Positions 33,866-47,849 of a stretch of 64,000 bases of DNA are shown here, one piece after another (positions within the stretch are counted from its first letter, which is position 1; every line of letters starts with the position of its first letter). The position numbers were made by a program, and so were the translations under genes. Where the stretch lies: the NCBI RefSeq assembly GCF_000143415.4, contig NW_003314261.1, positions 2,739,266 to 2,803,265 of the forward strand, read 5' to 3'. Source of the DNA: Selaginella moellendorffii (taxonomy: Eukaryota > Plantae > Lycopodiophyta). A model generated the notes under the pieces. The model worked only from the letters and a program-made list of their open reading frames with translations. It was not told the DNA's origin and did no database searches.

Positions 33866-36800
33866 AAACCAAGTATAATAAAATTTAAATCTTTACGTAC
33901 ATATTTAAATTAAAATGTTAATTGATAAAGAAAAAAGTAATTAATAGTGTGATGTATCTATTAATATTTAGAAATCAAACATTTATTATTTTAGAATTTT
34001 ATGTAAATGAAAGTATTATATCATTTCTTGCAATATAGTCTATATTTTAAAAAGTTAAATATTTATTTTGATATTTTATCTAAGATAATATTTTTTACCG
34101 ATATCACAAAAACATCATAATACTCATATTGCAATAATAGAAGATGACAAAGAAAGAAGAAAAGCAAAAATTTAAGGGTGAAAGAGATAACAGCTATAAA
34201 AAAGTACTTAAAGATAATTTATATTTTTCTTACTTTTAAATTTTATTCAATGAAATACTAATTGCAAAATATTTTATATGATAGTTATCTATAAAAAGTA
34301 TAAATATTGTAAAAAATTGTTAGTCATATTGTGTAATTAATATTTAGCTCATTAAGACTAGACTTCAAAATGTTTTGCAGTCACAATAGCAATAAATAAA
34401 AGTTTTTTTATGGAACTTTTTACAATATTTTTACTCTTCCCAATCTATATAAAAAAACACAAATATCAAAAATGAAAAATAAAAAATGCTCTGAAGCTCA
34501 TTTCTTTTTTTGCAAGGTAAATCTTTACATGAATATTATTATAAGTATTGCACGTATTTTGTAAAAATAAATTTATTACTAAAAAACTCTTTTGATTAAT
34601 TTTTTATTTTTACAGTTATAATTATTTTTTTCTGGAAATATCAAAATAGTTATAAATATGAAATTATAATAAGAATGGATCATTTAATTTTATTTTTCAT
34701 AAATTTAATTTTTATCATAATTCATATCCTCACATATTAAAAATTTACTTCAAAAGAATTAATCTTCAATTCAAGTATAAGAATGTGTGATTCAACTATA
34801 CATAGTTTTTTTACATACATTAAAATATAAATATAACACTATATTTATAAATGAATTTTGGTTAAATCCTCATATTTTATGATGATCATTTATAGTATTT
34901 TACTTTCATAAAAGTTTCTTGGTTTTTATGCTTATAAATATAGAATATAATGCTTTTATTGCATGAATTCTAAAATATATTTATATAAAATACTATAACT
35001 TATTTTAAAAAAATTCTCCATAAATAGGACTTCCATAATTTTAAACTATATAACTAAGTGTATTTTATTATACTTTAAGAAGTAAATATTTCTATTTTGA
35101 TTTCTCTTTTAAAATAAGTAGGAACAGTATAAACAGCATGTAAAAACTCCTGAGACCTAACTATGTATATGTATACTTATAATTATAAATACTTATATAT
35201 TTATAAGTATTTCTAATAAAGTGTTTTATTTAAAACACACTCTTCTCATCTAGATTAGCATAATTAAATGAGTAAAAAGTCAAGGAATCATCATCATACT
35301 CACTTATTTAAAAGTGTTATTGGCATCTAGTATCTATTGTCCTTCCATTTTTAGAAGATTATTTCAAATATAAATTATATTTCACAAGAAATATAAATGA
35401 CTGTATAAACAATTGTGAGACTCTAGGGTTTTACCTTTGCTTCTCTCACTACTTTTTTTAAAAAAGTAACTAAATATTCTCAGATCAGATATCTTTGAAG
35501 TTCTTATTTGTGAGATGTGTCATAGTGTCTAGATGTGTCTTAAATCTTGCTTTTAAAATATTGTATATTCAATCAATCCAATACTGTGTTTATAATTGAC
35601 ATGTCTTCTTTGACCCATAATAGTAGAGAAATTAGCTTTTCTTCACCACTGAGGAACTATTGTGCATTTCTTTGATCTTGTCAATTTATATTCTCTCAAT
35701 ATGTCTAGAACCATTTTTGGCTAATGAATTTGAGGTTTAATATTAATGTGATAGATAAATTTACTTATGTATATTTCAAATGCAAAACTAGATATATATA
35801 ATAGAAGTTCTATTATTCTTTGGTAAACTATGAGTGTTAGAGCTATCATTATAATTAAGATAAAAATCATTTAGCCCAGTATTGTAACTTCACCAAATCA
35901 GTTCTATACTATTATTCTTTGTCTTTATGAAAAATCAATTGCTTTTAAAGCTTGGCAGTAACTTTCTGGACATTTTTAGGGTTGTGCACCATGCTATAAA
36001 GGTGATAAAAACATAATCAAATTGTCAAATTTAAAGTTCATGATGGTAAAATAATTTTCTACATATTGCATGCAGCAATGCTTGGTTTTCTTATAAGTAG
36101 TGTTATTCCTATTTATTAATGCAATTTACCAAATAAAAATTTATAATTTATAAACACAAAATTAATCTTATTGAATATCAACCATTCGATGGTAAAATAA
36201 ACTAGAATATACTAGAAAGTGTTTAGGAAAGCTTATAAATTATAGCTATGGCCAATGAGCAAAAGCAATGTGTTTGGATATGCCTCCATAGCTTAGCATG
36301 TGTAGCTCATATCTTGGGAGATTTAGTTGAGGCTCTAATTGGAGAGGCAAGAGCTTAGGCTGGGAAGTGACATCCTTGGAAGCTCTTCAAACAGGATTTG
36401 ATTGATATACATCTCTACCTAGGTGGAGGTACCCTAGAACACATCACAAGATGTTTGTGAGCAAAGGTGGTATCTTCCTCATACACTTGGCTCCAAGCTC
36501 TAATGTCCAAGGAGGGCTTGAGTATTGGGAATTTTGGGGATGGCTTCTAGTTAGGGATGGAGGCAAGTATGACTAAGAATCTATAGCTGTTAGTGAAAAT
36601 TATGACAAGTAGGGAGATGAACAGTGCCAAGTTTTTGAAGGTAGTATGTTAAAAAATTTACAGAAAATTAAAAAAATAGGATACAAAGTATGATTTCTCA
36701 ATAAGCAAAATACTTGCAAATGTATTACCAAAAGAAAATAACATCCTAATTTATCAAAATCAACCTTAGCAATAATTAATATATCAAAATGAATGTAACA

Positions 36801-38151
36801 AAAGCTAACAAACACTCATTATATGCTAACTATTACACCAACTAATTTGAATAGATCCTAGAAAAATATTAACCAAAATTGCTTAAGCAAGTGTATATTT
36901 TACCAATGAATCATATTGTGAGAACTTAAGAAAATTCATCCTACACTTCTAAAGTTTCTTTACTTAGTGGGATTTGTTGATTGAGAGTGTAAGTAATCAA
37001 AGAGAATGGTTTAAAAAATTATTCATTGAGTTTCAAATATAAAAAAAAAAGGCCTATAAACAAAAGTGTGTTCTTTTTTAATTGGTTAAAGGTTTTGGAA
37101 TGTTTAGGATTAAGTGTTTTTGGGTTTGAATAATACTAAAATGGGTGACTTTTCAAGAAATCTAAACTCAAGAGCTTACATAAAGTGATAGTGATGATAA
37201 GCTTATATAGAGGTGGTGGCGATGGTGGGCTTGAAGTTTAAACTCATGAGCTTATATAGAGATGATGGTGGGTTTACATAAAGGTGGTGGTGATGGTGGG
37301 CTTGAAGAACATTGCAAGTGACAATTATGAAAATTATGAATTCATTTATCTATGTTGCATTTGTCAAAGCTTTATAATAATCCAACTCTTTCTCACTTTA
37401 TAAGGGTTTGGATTTTTCAGCTCTTTCTTGCTTTATAATAACTTACATTTCTTAACTCTTAAATTTTTTACTACACAAAACATGACACTAGAGTACATAT
37501 AGTATTTTTCTTAGTACTGAAAATTAAAATTCATAGATCTTACCTCTCAACATTGTTTTGGTTAAAGCTTTATATCTTACTAGTATTGCCCAGCAAATTC
37601 TGAATAAGTATAAAAATCAATAGTTTTATACAATATTTTTCTTCTAATATTTTAATATGCATATATTTACACATATAATACTATACATATGCATTTTTAC
37701 TTGGGAATATAAATATATTTAGAATACTAAGATTTTAAGAAATTTAATACTCAACTCTAAAAGACATTAATATTAAAATTTGCTAAGATTAATTTTGTTA
37801 TAGTTATAAGAATAAATATATTTAGTAAACTTTCAGAAAAAAAGCAATTAGATGTTACATATAAAGTATGTTTTTACTTGGGATATAAAAAAATTTAGAA
37901 TCCTAAAATATTACAAAAATTAATATATTACTACCCATACTCATAGAAAAGTAAAGAAGAATTACTAATATTAATTATCATAAAACAAAAAATAACTTAT
38001 AAATAAAAAATTATATGTACCCTTAAACTCAAATACTTAGAAATAGAATCTAAATAAATTAATTTCATTTTAAGTAATATAGAGTAAAGAATTACTTTGT
38101 CATGTGCTTTTCTTAGAATATAGAATAATAAAATCTTAAGAACACTAATCT

Positions 38152-39768
38152 TGTGAGTGCATGGAATATGGAAAGGGAATATAGAAAATATACATATCAA
38201 TTAGCCCAAAATACCTTAGTTTATATATAGGAATAAGTGGTTCAGATTGAAACCAATTTGACGGCTACCAAAATCCCACTACACTAATATTAGTATATGA
38301 CATCTTAGCCATACACTTGGACCTCATATCATCCCCTCCTTTCGGAATAATGGAAAACCATCAAGGTTCTTTCATAGATGGGCTAGGATCTAGAGGAACA
38401 TTAAGAAGAGGCATTGGTGGATCTAGAGGTGGTATTATTTGTTCTTGATCCTTTTGTATGAAACATTTCAATTGCTACATATGTATAATTTCTAAAGGAT
38501 TTGCTTGCTAGACATCATACCGAACCTCATAAACTTGTAGTCTAATTTGCCACAATACCCGATATAGTCCTTTCTACTAAGCAAGGAGCCCCTTAAATAA
38601 ACCATATACCATAAGATGGGAAAACAGACTAACACCAAGTCATCCACTTTGTACTCTGTAAGTGGATGATGATAGGAGCTGTAGCGCCATTGTGGTCCCA
38701 CTTGTATGTAGCCCAGGTGTTCGGTAGATTTTGCTTGGACAAGTGGAAGAATGCTCATCAAATAATGATCCCATGACTTAGCATTAGCAGTTTGTGGTAA
38801 TCATGAAGGTAAACCAACTCCATTGGTAATATTGGATTATGACCATATAAGAGTTTATATTGTGAAACACTAATAGAAATCTACACCCCTATGACATATG
38901 TATATTAAAGAGACGGTAAATAACCATCCCAATCCAAATGCTGAAACTTCATGTACTTCATAATCATCCCTTTAAATGTCCGAATGAGCCATTCCACCAA
39001 ATCATTTGATTGTGGATGATAAGCACTCGTGAAAGTGTGGCATACTCCCAACCCAAATGTCAAAACATGAAATGCCTTAGCTATAAATATGGGACCATTA
39101 TCTGAAAGAATTCACTCTGGACAAAAATACTAAAACACCACTCGATTGAGGAAGAAGTATCTAACAGTAGTTACAAAGGTGTTAGCAAGAGCACCAACTT
39201 CCACCCAACGAGTTAAGCACTTAAAAGCAATAATAACATACTTATTGCTAACAATCGATTATGGAAAAAGTCCTATAATATCAAATACCACCAACTCAAA
39301 TGGACGAGAAATTGCAATTAACTCTAACTATCCTTCCATAGCATAAGGGGAGTATTATGAGTTTGGCACCAAATGCAACCACGCATATATTAGATAACAT
39401 CATATCACATCTCCGGCCAATAGAAAGATCTGCATAGTTTCTCGGTCATATGGCAATGTCCCATATGCTCACCTAGAATAGGAGAATCATTGTAGGAATG
39501 GAGAAAACATGAAATAAAGATTGAAGACACCACTAGCCATAAATGATCATTAAGATCTGTTCCCATAAAATAAAGAAGGCCATCTTCAAGGTGATATTGA
39601 GAATGTAAATGTCGAAATAGCAAGTCATCAGCAAGTGATGCAAGATTCTCAAACCCATCTCGAAGCCTTCGAATCCATAGCTCAATATTTTGAGCCTCAC
39701 AAACCTCATCAACAGAAGGTAAATCTTGCTTTGCATATTGTAGACACTAAATATTAAGTATAGCAACC
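38152..39768 (-). mobile_element. 3' part of a third element C family copy, element E: 3' LTR plus integrase, interrupted by element F
   Basis: LTR at 38152-38328 and PPT complement ATCCCCTCCT. Integrase remnants are colinear with element C up to 39768. Confidence 0.88.
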
Positions 39769-42700
39769 TATAGTGCACGTGAATTTTACCCTTTATCCTA
39801 TGGTGATTTACCATAAAATAACCATGGAATGGAACTTAAACTCTCTATATACCACATGCCACATGCCACGTGTCCAAAGGACAATGGTGTGGAACCTAAG
39901 TTTTAGGGCTTTGGGCCACTGAACGAAAGAACAATACTAAACTCCTAAGCATGGAGCCAAGGAGCAAAGGTATTGGAGTATGTATCAACTCTCAAATGTA
40001 CAACCCAAAGAACGAAGGGACAGGAGCATGAAGTGACTTGGAACAGTCCTAGAGCATCTAGCATCCCAATGCCAAAACTAACATGCAAAATGAAGCTAAA
40101 TGGAGTTTAGCACTATTTTAGCATACCAATGGCTTAATGCAAGGATATGGGTACTCCATCAGCTAACATGGTGTGGAACTTGGGGTTAGACCCAAGCTAG
40201 ACGCAAAACAAGGACATACATGCAAATAAGAGTTAGACTATGCTTCAAGTTAGTCAACCATGCCCAACCTACCCACTATCCCTACTATATAGCTAGACAT
40301 TTGGAACCCCTTACATCCCACCGGCCCCCTCCCCCCTCCCCCCTCCCCCCTCCCCCCCTCTACTGAGGAACACACGCTTTGGGCTTTCACCCTTAGTACC
40401 CCGAGTTAGTCTCTTGGACAAGCTTGAAACTTACTAAATATGAAATGGCACTAGTTTGTGAATTTGGACATGGGACAAACATTATTGTGTTCAGGACAAT
40501 CTTTACATTCTGTAGATATGCCAAATGAGTAAATCTAAAACTTTCTATAAATAGCATTTGGGATTAAAATGAGACTAACACAAAGGGCATGATAGTGAGG
40601 GTGTTTGGTAAATACGGAAAGATATCATCTAGCAAAATTGAGGAACTAGTCTTAATACGTGAGGGTTCTTGTCACTAGCAAGTGTAAGATATAACGAGAC
40701 GAGAACTCCTTACTGGGCTAAGTATGCTTAGCTAATAGTACGTAGGAATTCTGCCCTTATGTTCGTTCGGTCTAAGTACACTTGAAATGCCCAATTAACT
40801 CCACTAGTATAAAAGAGACTAATAAAGGGTCTAACAATACTAACCTCTTGCCATTGTGGCAAAAAGAAAAGAATATCCAAATAGATTAGCCGATAAGTAG
40901 TTTTCGATACCCACAGTCACATTTGCAACACTCTCCCCCCCTTAGAGAATATCAATATCCTCGTCAAGGTATACTTCAGTCTAGACCACTAGCAAGGAAA
41001 CAACTCTAGAAAAAGTTCATGGTGATCACATTATAACTTAAATGAGTTAAGGTAACCTCTTTATTTAATGTAGATGTACTACCAACTCAAACACCTTTCA
41101 ACTGTCGCTGACAAGGAAATGACCAACGAAGATAGCCATCCTTGTTGTTCTGGGTGTCACCCAACTTACAAAAGTGTGATATGCCCCTATCTACAGGAAT
41201 ATAGAGAGAGAAGCCAAAGGCTCTAACCCTCTTGAGCAAAGAAACTAAACCTGTTGGTAAAGTTTAAATACACTATTATAAAGAGGCAACTAGAGTTGTT
41301 CACATGGTCATGCCATTGACAAAGAGGCGGGTGTTGTGACCAATCGATAGTAACTACCTTATGACTAAATTTTTCACCATACATACGAAGTGCCGAAGCC
41401 AATTTGCCTATACTAAAAGATCAAGAAATGGACAATATCAGAGTCATAGATAATGATATCTTAGAGGCTTAATTATCAATTAATAAATCTTATATTAGAA
41501 CACAAAAGTATTCCAGGTAAGTTATCATCTAATAAACCAATATTATAGTATAGGAACCACCAAGATCACCATAATTAGAAAATATAGGATTTAGCATCGA
41601 ACAAAATTCAATAGCCAATATACCATTGTCACGAATGTGACTTCGGGTATCGAAAGTTACTTGTCGGCCAGTCTTTACGGACACTCTTTCCTTACTGCCA
41701 CAACGGCAAGAGGTCGGTATTGCTAGACCCTTTATTAGTCCCTCTTGTTCAAGTGTTAGTAAACTGGACTTTGCATCTATACTTGGCTGGACGAGCATAA
41801 GGAAGGAATTCCTAAGTGTCTATTTAGCCAACCATACTTGGCCTAGCTTATTAGTTCTCTTTTGCTCTGTATTGCACTAGTTTAACAAGAAGTCTCACAT
41901 ATTGAGACTAGTCCCTTAATATCACTGGATGATAGCTTACTGTATCTGCCAAACACCCTTGCTATCATGCCCTCCTGAATGTTATTTATGGAAAGTGTCT
42001 AGATTCACTCATTTGGCACATCTATGGAATGTAGAGATTGTCTTAAACACAATGGTGTTTGTCCTATGTCCAAATTCACAATTTAAGAATATTCCATATT
42101 TAGTAAATTTCAAACTTGTCCCAGAGATTAACTCCTAATACTAAGGGAGGCTTGGGGTGAAAGCCCAAAGCATGTGTTCATCAAGGGGGGTTATGGGGGG
42201 TTCTAAATATATAGTAGGGATAGTGGGTAGGTTGGGTATGGCCGACCAACCTGAGGCATAGTCTAGCTTCTGCTTGCGTGCCTATCTTTGTTCTGCATCT
42301 GGCTTGGGTCGAAGCTTAAGTTCCACACCATGCTAACTGGTGGAGTACCCATATCCTTGTGTTAGGCCACCAATATGCCAAAATAGCACTAGACTCCGTT
42401 TGGCTCCATTTTGCATACTGATCCTGGCATTGGGATGCTGGCTGCTCTAGAACTGATCCAAGTTGCTCTATGCTCTTGTCCTTTTGCTCCTTGGGCTGTA
42501 TGCTCAGGAGTCGTTCTGTGCTCCAATGCCATTGCTCTTTGGCTCCATGCTTGAGAGTTTGGCACTGTTCATTTTGGCTCAAGGCCCTGAAACTCGGGTT
42601 CCATACCATTGTCCTTTGGACATGTGGTATGTGACATGTGGTATATAACATGTGGTGCATGGAGGGTTTAGGTTCCACTTCGTGGTTATCCTATGGTAAA

Positions 42701-45700
42701 TCACCATAGGATAAAGTTGGTATTAGAGGATACGTCTCAGCGAACACTATTCAATGAGATTGGGCAACTAGTCTCGTTGCATATGCAAAGATGGAAACGA
42801 TGATCTGAGTGGGTATATGTTTGGGTGCTAAGACTTTGCATTTATTCCTTGGGTATGGATTTAGTTACTTTTTCGTACCATATTATGTGAGCTTGCTCTT
42901 GGGCTCATAAGATGGACTAAGATGCTCTATTAACACGAGTTTGCACTTGGGCTTGTGAGTGAGGCACATTAGTATCAGTTTGCGCTTGGGCTCCTGAGTG
43001 AGGTGCATTAGCAATTTAAAGTTACATTTTAAGTTAGCAGGATTAATGTTAACCTATTGGTGGTTCCATGAGTTGTTCCAATGGTTCCATGAGTTGTTCC
43101 GTGTACCGTGGGTGAAAATAAACCTTCCTTGGGTTTGCTATGACTAGCAAATAGCTTAGTCCATAACTGTTTAGCACAACACTAGTAGATCCTTCCTAGG
43201 CATGGTTATAAATGGATCAATCAAGACTGTAGGGATTAGTCCATTGGTTCAAGTAGTCATTGCTGTATTCTTTCATAAACTTTTCTTGGATTGAACTGAA
43301 GGCAATGCGAACGCAAGCTTAAGGTTTAGTTAAAAATGAGACTGAAAAAAAAGTCATCAGGGATGAAGGATCAAATATGTAAATCATTTTCTCTTCTTAG
43401 AAAGATGATTTGTAACGAGGTGCTAACTCATTACTCGTGTTCACATCATGCAATCAAAAGTCTCTACCTTGATGCATGTTGGTTATGATGGTCTTACAAG
43501 TAGTGAGTTATGGGATGGATAATGGTGAAGCGTTAAACCATTTTGTTTAGACTTGCTATTGAAGGTTTGGGTTGCAATGCTCAATTCTTTTCTAGGAAAC
43601 TTTGCTATTGCTCCTTAAGTAGCTTGGTGTTGGATTAATTTTGATTTTAGTCAGAAAGAGAGTGGTATGAGCTTGTTTGTGTTATGAATAAAAGTTAGTG
43701 GTATTGGGTGTTATAAATCTTTATCGGTGAGGTGTAGCATTTATGTTGCATTTTGTCGAATTGAGTTGACACTTGATATTCACGTAAACTTTGAAGTAAT
43801 GATAAGGGTATTGTTTGTGGTGTTGCTTAATTGATAATCAAGTTATTGTGATTTTATATCATATCCATGTGATACTAAGTAATATGTTTACGAAGTTTCT
43901 TAGTCAAACGATGATCAACCCCAAAGTGGTTGATAGTGAAGCTAGTCTACTTGCACGAAGTAATATTGTAGTAACTTTGACTGGATTCTCAATGATGGTT
44001 TATTATGCTAAGCTTAAGTTAGTACTTTTTTTCCTTGAGTTTGCCCATTGAGGTGTTGGAAAACGGTTATAACATTCATTTACTATGGCTTGTTAGTTTA
44101 TCTGTTAGCACTTGGAGTATATTGTTGAATGGAAAATATGTGTAGTTGAGGCATTGATATTACTAGCACTTGTGTTGGTGGAAGTGGCATTGTTATTTCA
44201 AGTGATGAGGAATTTTCTTTAGATCTTGATTTTCCATGTCATTTTTCTTGTTAGTGTTTTTGCTTCATATTAGATTTTGAAGATGATTGAAAAAGAGTGT
44301 TAGTGCAATATGAATATCTGAAGATATGGTCTTTGTTATCAAGCTTTGGATGTTCATTTTGCATTTTTGTGAATGTAATGTTGGATATAAAAAATATGGG
44401 CATGATGTTTGAGGCTTAAGCATATTATGGGTCATGAAAATTGGTGTTGCAGTGAACCTATATAAAGTTGTAGGTAAGAGGAAGTTGGCTAAGTTTTGAA
44501 AGTTTGCATTCTTGGTCTGAGAATTATTCTTTCTCTAGGATGGAAATTTTCTACAAATTTTCTTAAATTTTTCCAATGGTTGATCTGTTGATCACCTTGC
44601 CCAAAAACCATTCTATTTTCGTAAGCTAGTACAAATTAGTGTTGATTTCAGTTGGCTTAAACTTAGTAGGTACTTTGTATGATGCGGCCCAAAAGGGATG
44701 CAAACTTTTGGGGCTAAAGCAATTAGGTTGGATAGAGTCTGGATTTGGTGTAAAAAAGTGGTTGTTGCGCTTTTCTAAGAAGGGTGACCCTTATGCCTTT
44801 CTTTTGTAGTATTATACTTGGTGGTAGATTGCACCTTGCATTTCGTTAAGACTTTATGAGAGTAGTGAGCTCTCACTGATCTTGACTTCGTCTTGGTAGC
44901 TTTGCCCCTTAGTTAAGAATGGTGATGTCCAACTTAGTTATTTAAGGTTGAAATATTAGTACCCGTACTATAGCTTTGTCTATGAGAAGGTTGTGTATCG
45001 ATATAAATCCATCTCATGGTCTTCACTTTAGTTTCGACTAAGTGTTAATTATGTATAACTAGCTTTTTCAAGGCATGCTCAGAGTTAATGGGTAAATGCA
45101 TTAGTGAGCTTATTGTGGTTGGGTTGAATTCGAGTGGTCATTTAGTTTATACTTGTTCATGAACCTTTATCTTATACCTGGGCTATTACATTCATGTTGG
45201 CCAAGTATATGACTCAATGGCATGAATTTAGTATTTGGGTCTTGTGAAGGCAAGTTGAAGAGTGATTGTTAGTTGCTTTACAACTAGTAATTGCTTGTAG
45301 ATTTTATCAAGGACTATTGACATTTGCTTCACTCAATGAAGATTTATCAGTGATGGGCTTGTTTTGCCGGATGGTGTTGCGAAGGATCGTGTCATTAAAC
45401 TTGCATTGTTTTTCCATATTGATATATTGACTACCTTTGTCGATATCATTTAGTTGCATTTAGTCTATGGTGTAGGATTTCATTGAGTCTTGGATGTGGT
45501 GAATCACTCCTTAATGATGTGTTATCTGAAATTAAGTTTTACTGAAGGATTAATTTCAAATACTAACTAAAATATCTTTGACTTGGTTGCTAGAGAGCTT
45601 ATAGTGGTGATTCACTCTTGCTTTCTTCTAGCTTTGTTCTGGTGTTGATAGCATTGAAGTGATGCTTTATCATTGAAATTGTTGATATTAAGATTTAAAT

Positions 45701-47849
45701 GGGATGAGATGTCTCTCCGTAGGATTGATATTGAGTTTCATTAGTCTCGATGCAAATAATGTTGATACTTAGGCTGTAGCTTTGTGTTATTAGCATTTGT
45801 GCATTTATTAGTTAGCAACTGTATTGACGTTTAAATGAGCCGAATGGCAAATTTGAGTTACTTGTGTTCTAAATGATATTATTTAGTAGGGGTTGAGTTT
45901 TGAGCTTTTCCTTGAAAAGTGATTTAATCGTGGACAACGCTAACTTTGCGAGCGGAAGAGTTAGTGATCGATATTGAAATGATTGAATCTTTATTGGATT
46001 TGAGTTGGGATATATTAATCATTAATGATTTTTCTTATACTTGTTACGAAGTGAGTTACGTTTTGTTATAGATGGATTCTTGGAGGATCATTTAGTGATC
46101 ACTTGTTGAGTATAGTTCCATTGTGCTTAGCTTTTGGATTGATGCAAATATGCTTTTCATTACCTTTAGCATTATGAAGTTTAGTTTATGAATGTGTTGA
46201 GGAGGATATTGCAAGTTGTACCATGATTTCTTCTTTAGCATTGAAATTCATTCATACAAGACTCATGATCATTATTAGGCATGACTTAGCTAAAGAAGCT
46301 CTATTTCGTTAAAGTAGGATTTATTCAGTAAAATGGGACTAGGTACAAATTTTCAAGTATTTGAAAATGACGTGAAATTATATGTTTTTTGTCCAGGGGC
46401 TAGACATATCTGGGGCATGGTGACTACCGCGGTGACTTTGTGTCCAGACTAAGTCCATCTGGTTGTATAATAAATCTCATTGTCAAGGTGAACAAGCCGA
46501 ATCTGAAGCTTACAGAAGAGCGATGGCATGCGCGCACACACTATTTGTTTGTTCATTGAGCGTGTGGTGAGCTTCCAAGATGAACGTCATTCCTATTAGC
46601 CAAACATATAACTTAATGGTGAGAACATTTAGATATTATTCAATGTTATCTTTTTCTAACGAATCTAATTGTGAAGGTGTAGCAAGAGGCATTGCTAGTT
46701 TGGAGAAGTCATTTAACTCATTTGACCCTTAGTGTATTTTCATGAAACTAAATAACATTCATATTATTAAGGAATTTCTCTAGTACCTTTTTTTTACGAC
46801 ATAAAGGCTTGCATTTCTTTCAAAGGTGATTTAGTAAAAGGCCTGAGGGCACATGCCATTCTATTTCTCAGACCGGTATTAAGATATACTAGTGCAAAGG
46901 GAAAAAGGTATTTGGTGATCAAGTAAATGGCATGAGGGCACACGCCATTATAAACCTAAGCGCTAGTGGACACCTCCTTTTTGGTACTCTCAACAGTACT
47001 ATCATCCTTCTCCGGGTTAGTTGTTTTGCTTTGGATTGTTGTCTCTGACGTTACTGGGGCGTTCTCGATAGTTGTTAATGTTGCCATTTGTTCAGAAAAA
47101 TGATCACCTGGAGTATAGTATGGGGAGTTTGGAAGACTTATATATTCTACATCTTCACCTATCTCCTTCTCCGTCTCCTTTTCTGCCTCACTTACAGATT
47201 TTGTGCTTGCCATGAGAACGCTCTTCACCCTAAAATATGGAGTTTGTTGTGTTATAAAAGGAAACCAACACACACACTGCAAGGGAATGATGGTACATAA
47301 AGCACGTAAGCCCACAATATGGGTTTATGTGCCATTAATATGGGCCACACACCATATTATTAGATTTATGCATGTGTGATTGGTAAATGCATATGTCACA
47401 TCATCTTTGTTTTACCTCACACACTATATCAGGCCTAATGAACCATATCACATGTGCGCACATGCTATATATATGGAGAAGTATTATGCAAGGATAGAAA
47501 AATTCAATGCATGATTGTGGAGAGCAATGGCATGAAGCCACATGCTAAATAACATTTTAGAGAAAGAATTAAAATAGAAACATGCAAACAGTACTGAGTG
47601 GACCAAGACTTAGAAGTGCACAATTGAATGAGGTATTTCTAATAAATATTTCACTCACCTCATATGCGAATGGCTACGACTCTCAAATGGCATATCACCT
47701 CATGCCATCACCTCGCAATTTGTTTTAACAATCCGATGAATTCATATTCGGCTTGTTCCCCTTGACCTTTAAGTAAGATTTGTTAGAACAATTAAGAATT
47801 TATACTTGTTATTTGTATCATCTCACCTAGGAATATTTTAATTGCAGAC

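Noticed and set aside
37170-37340. Short GGTGGTGGCGATGGTGGGCTT repeats giving extensin-like text on the minus strand
   Set aside because: No in-frame ATG, several stops, and too short to call.
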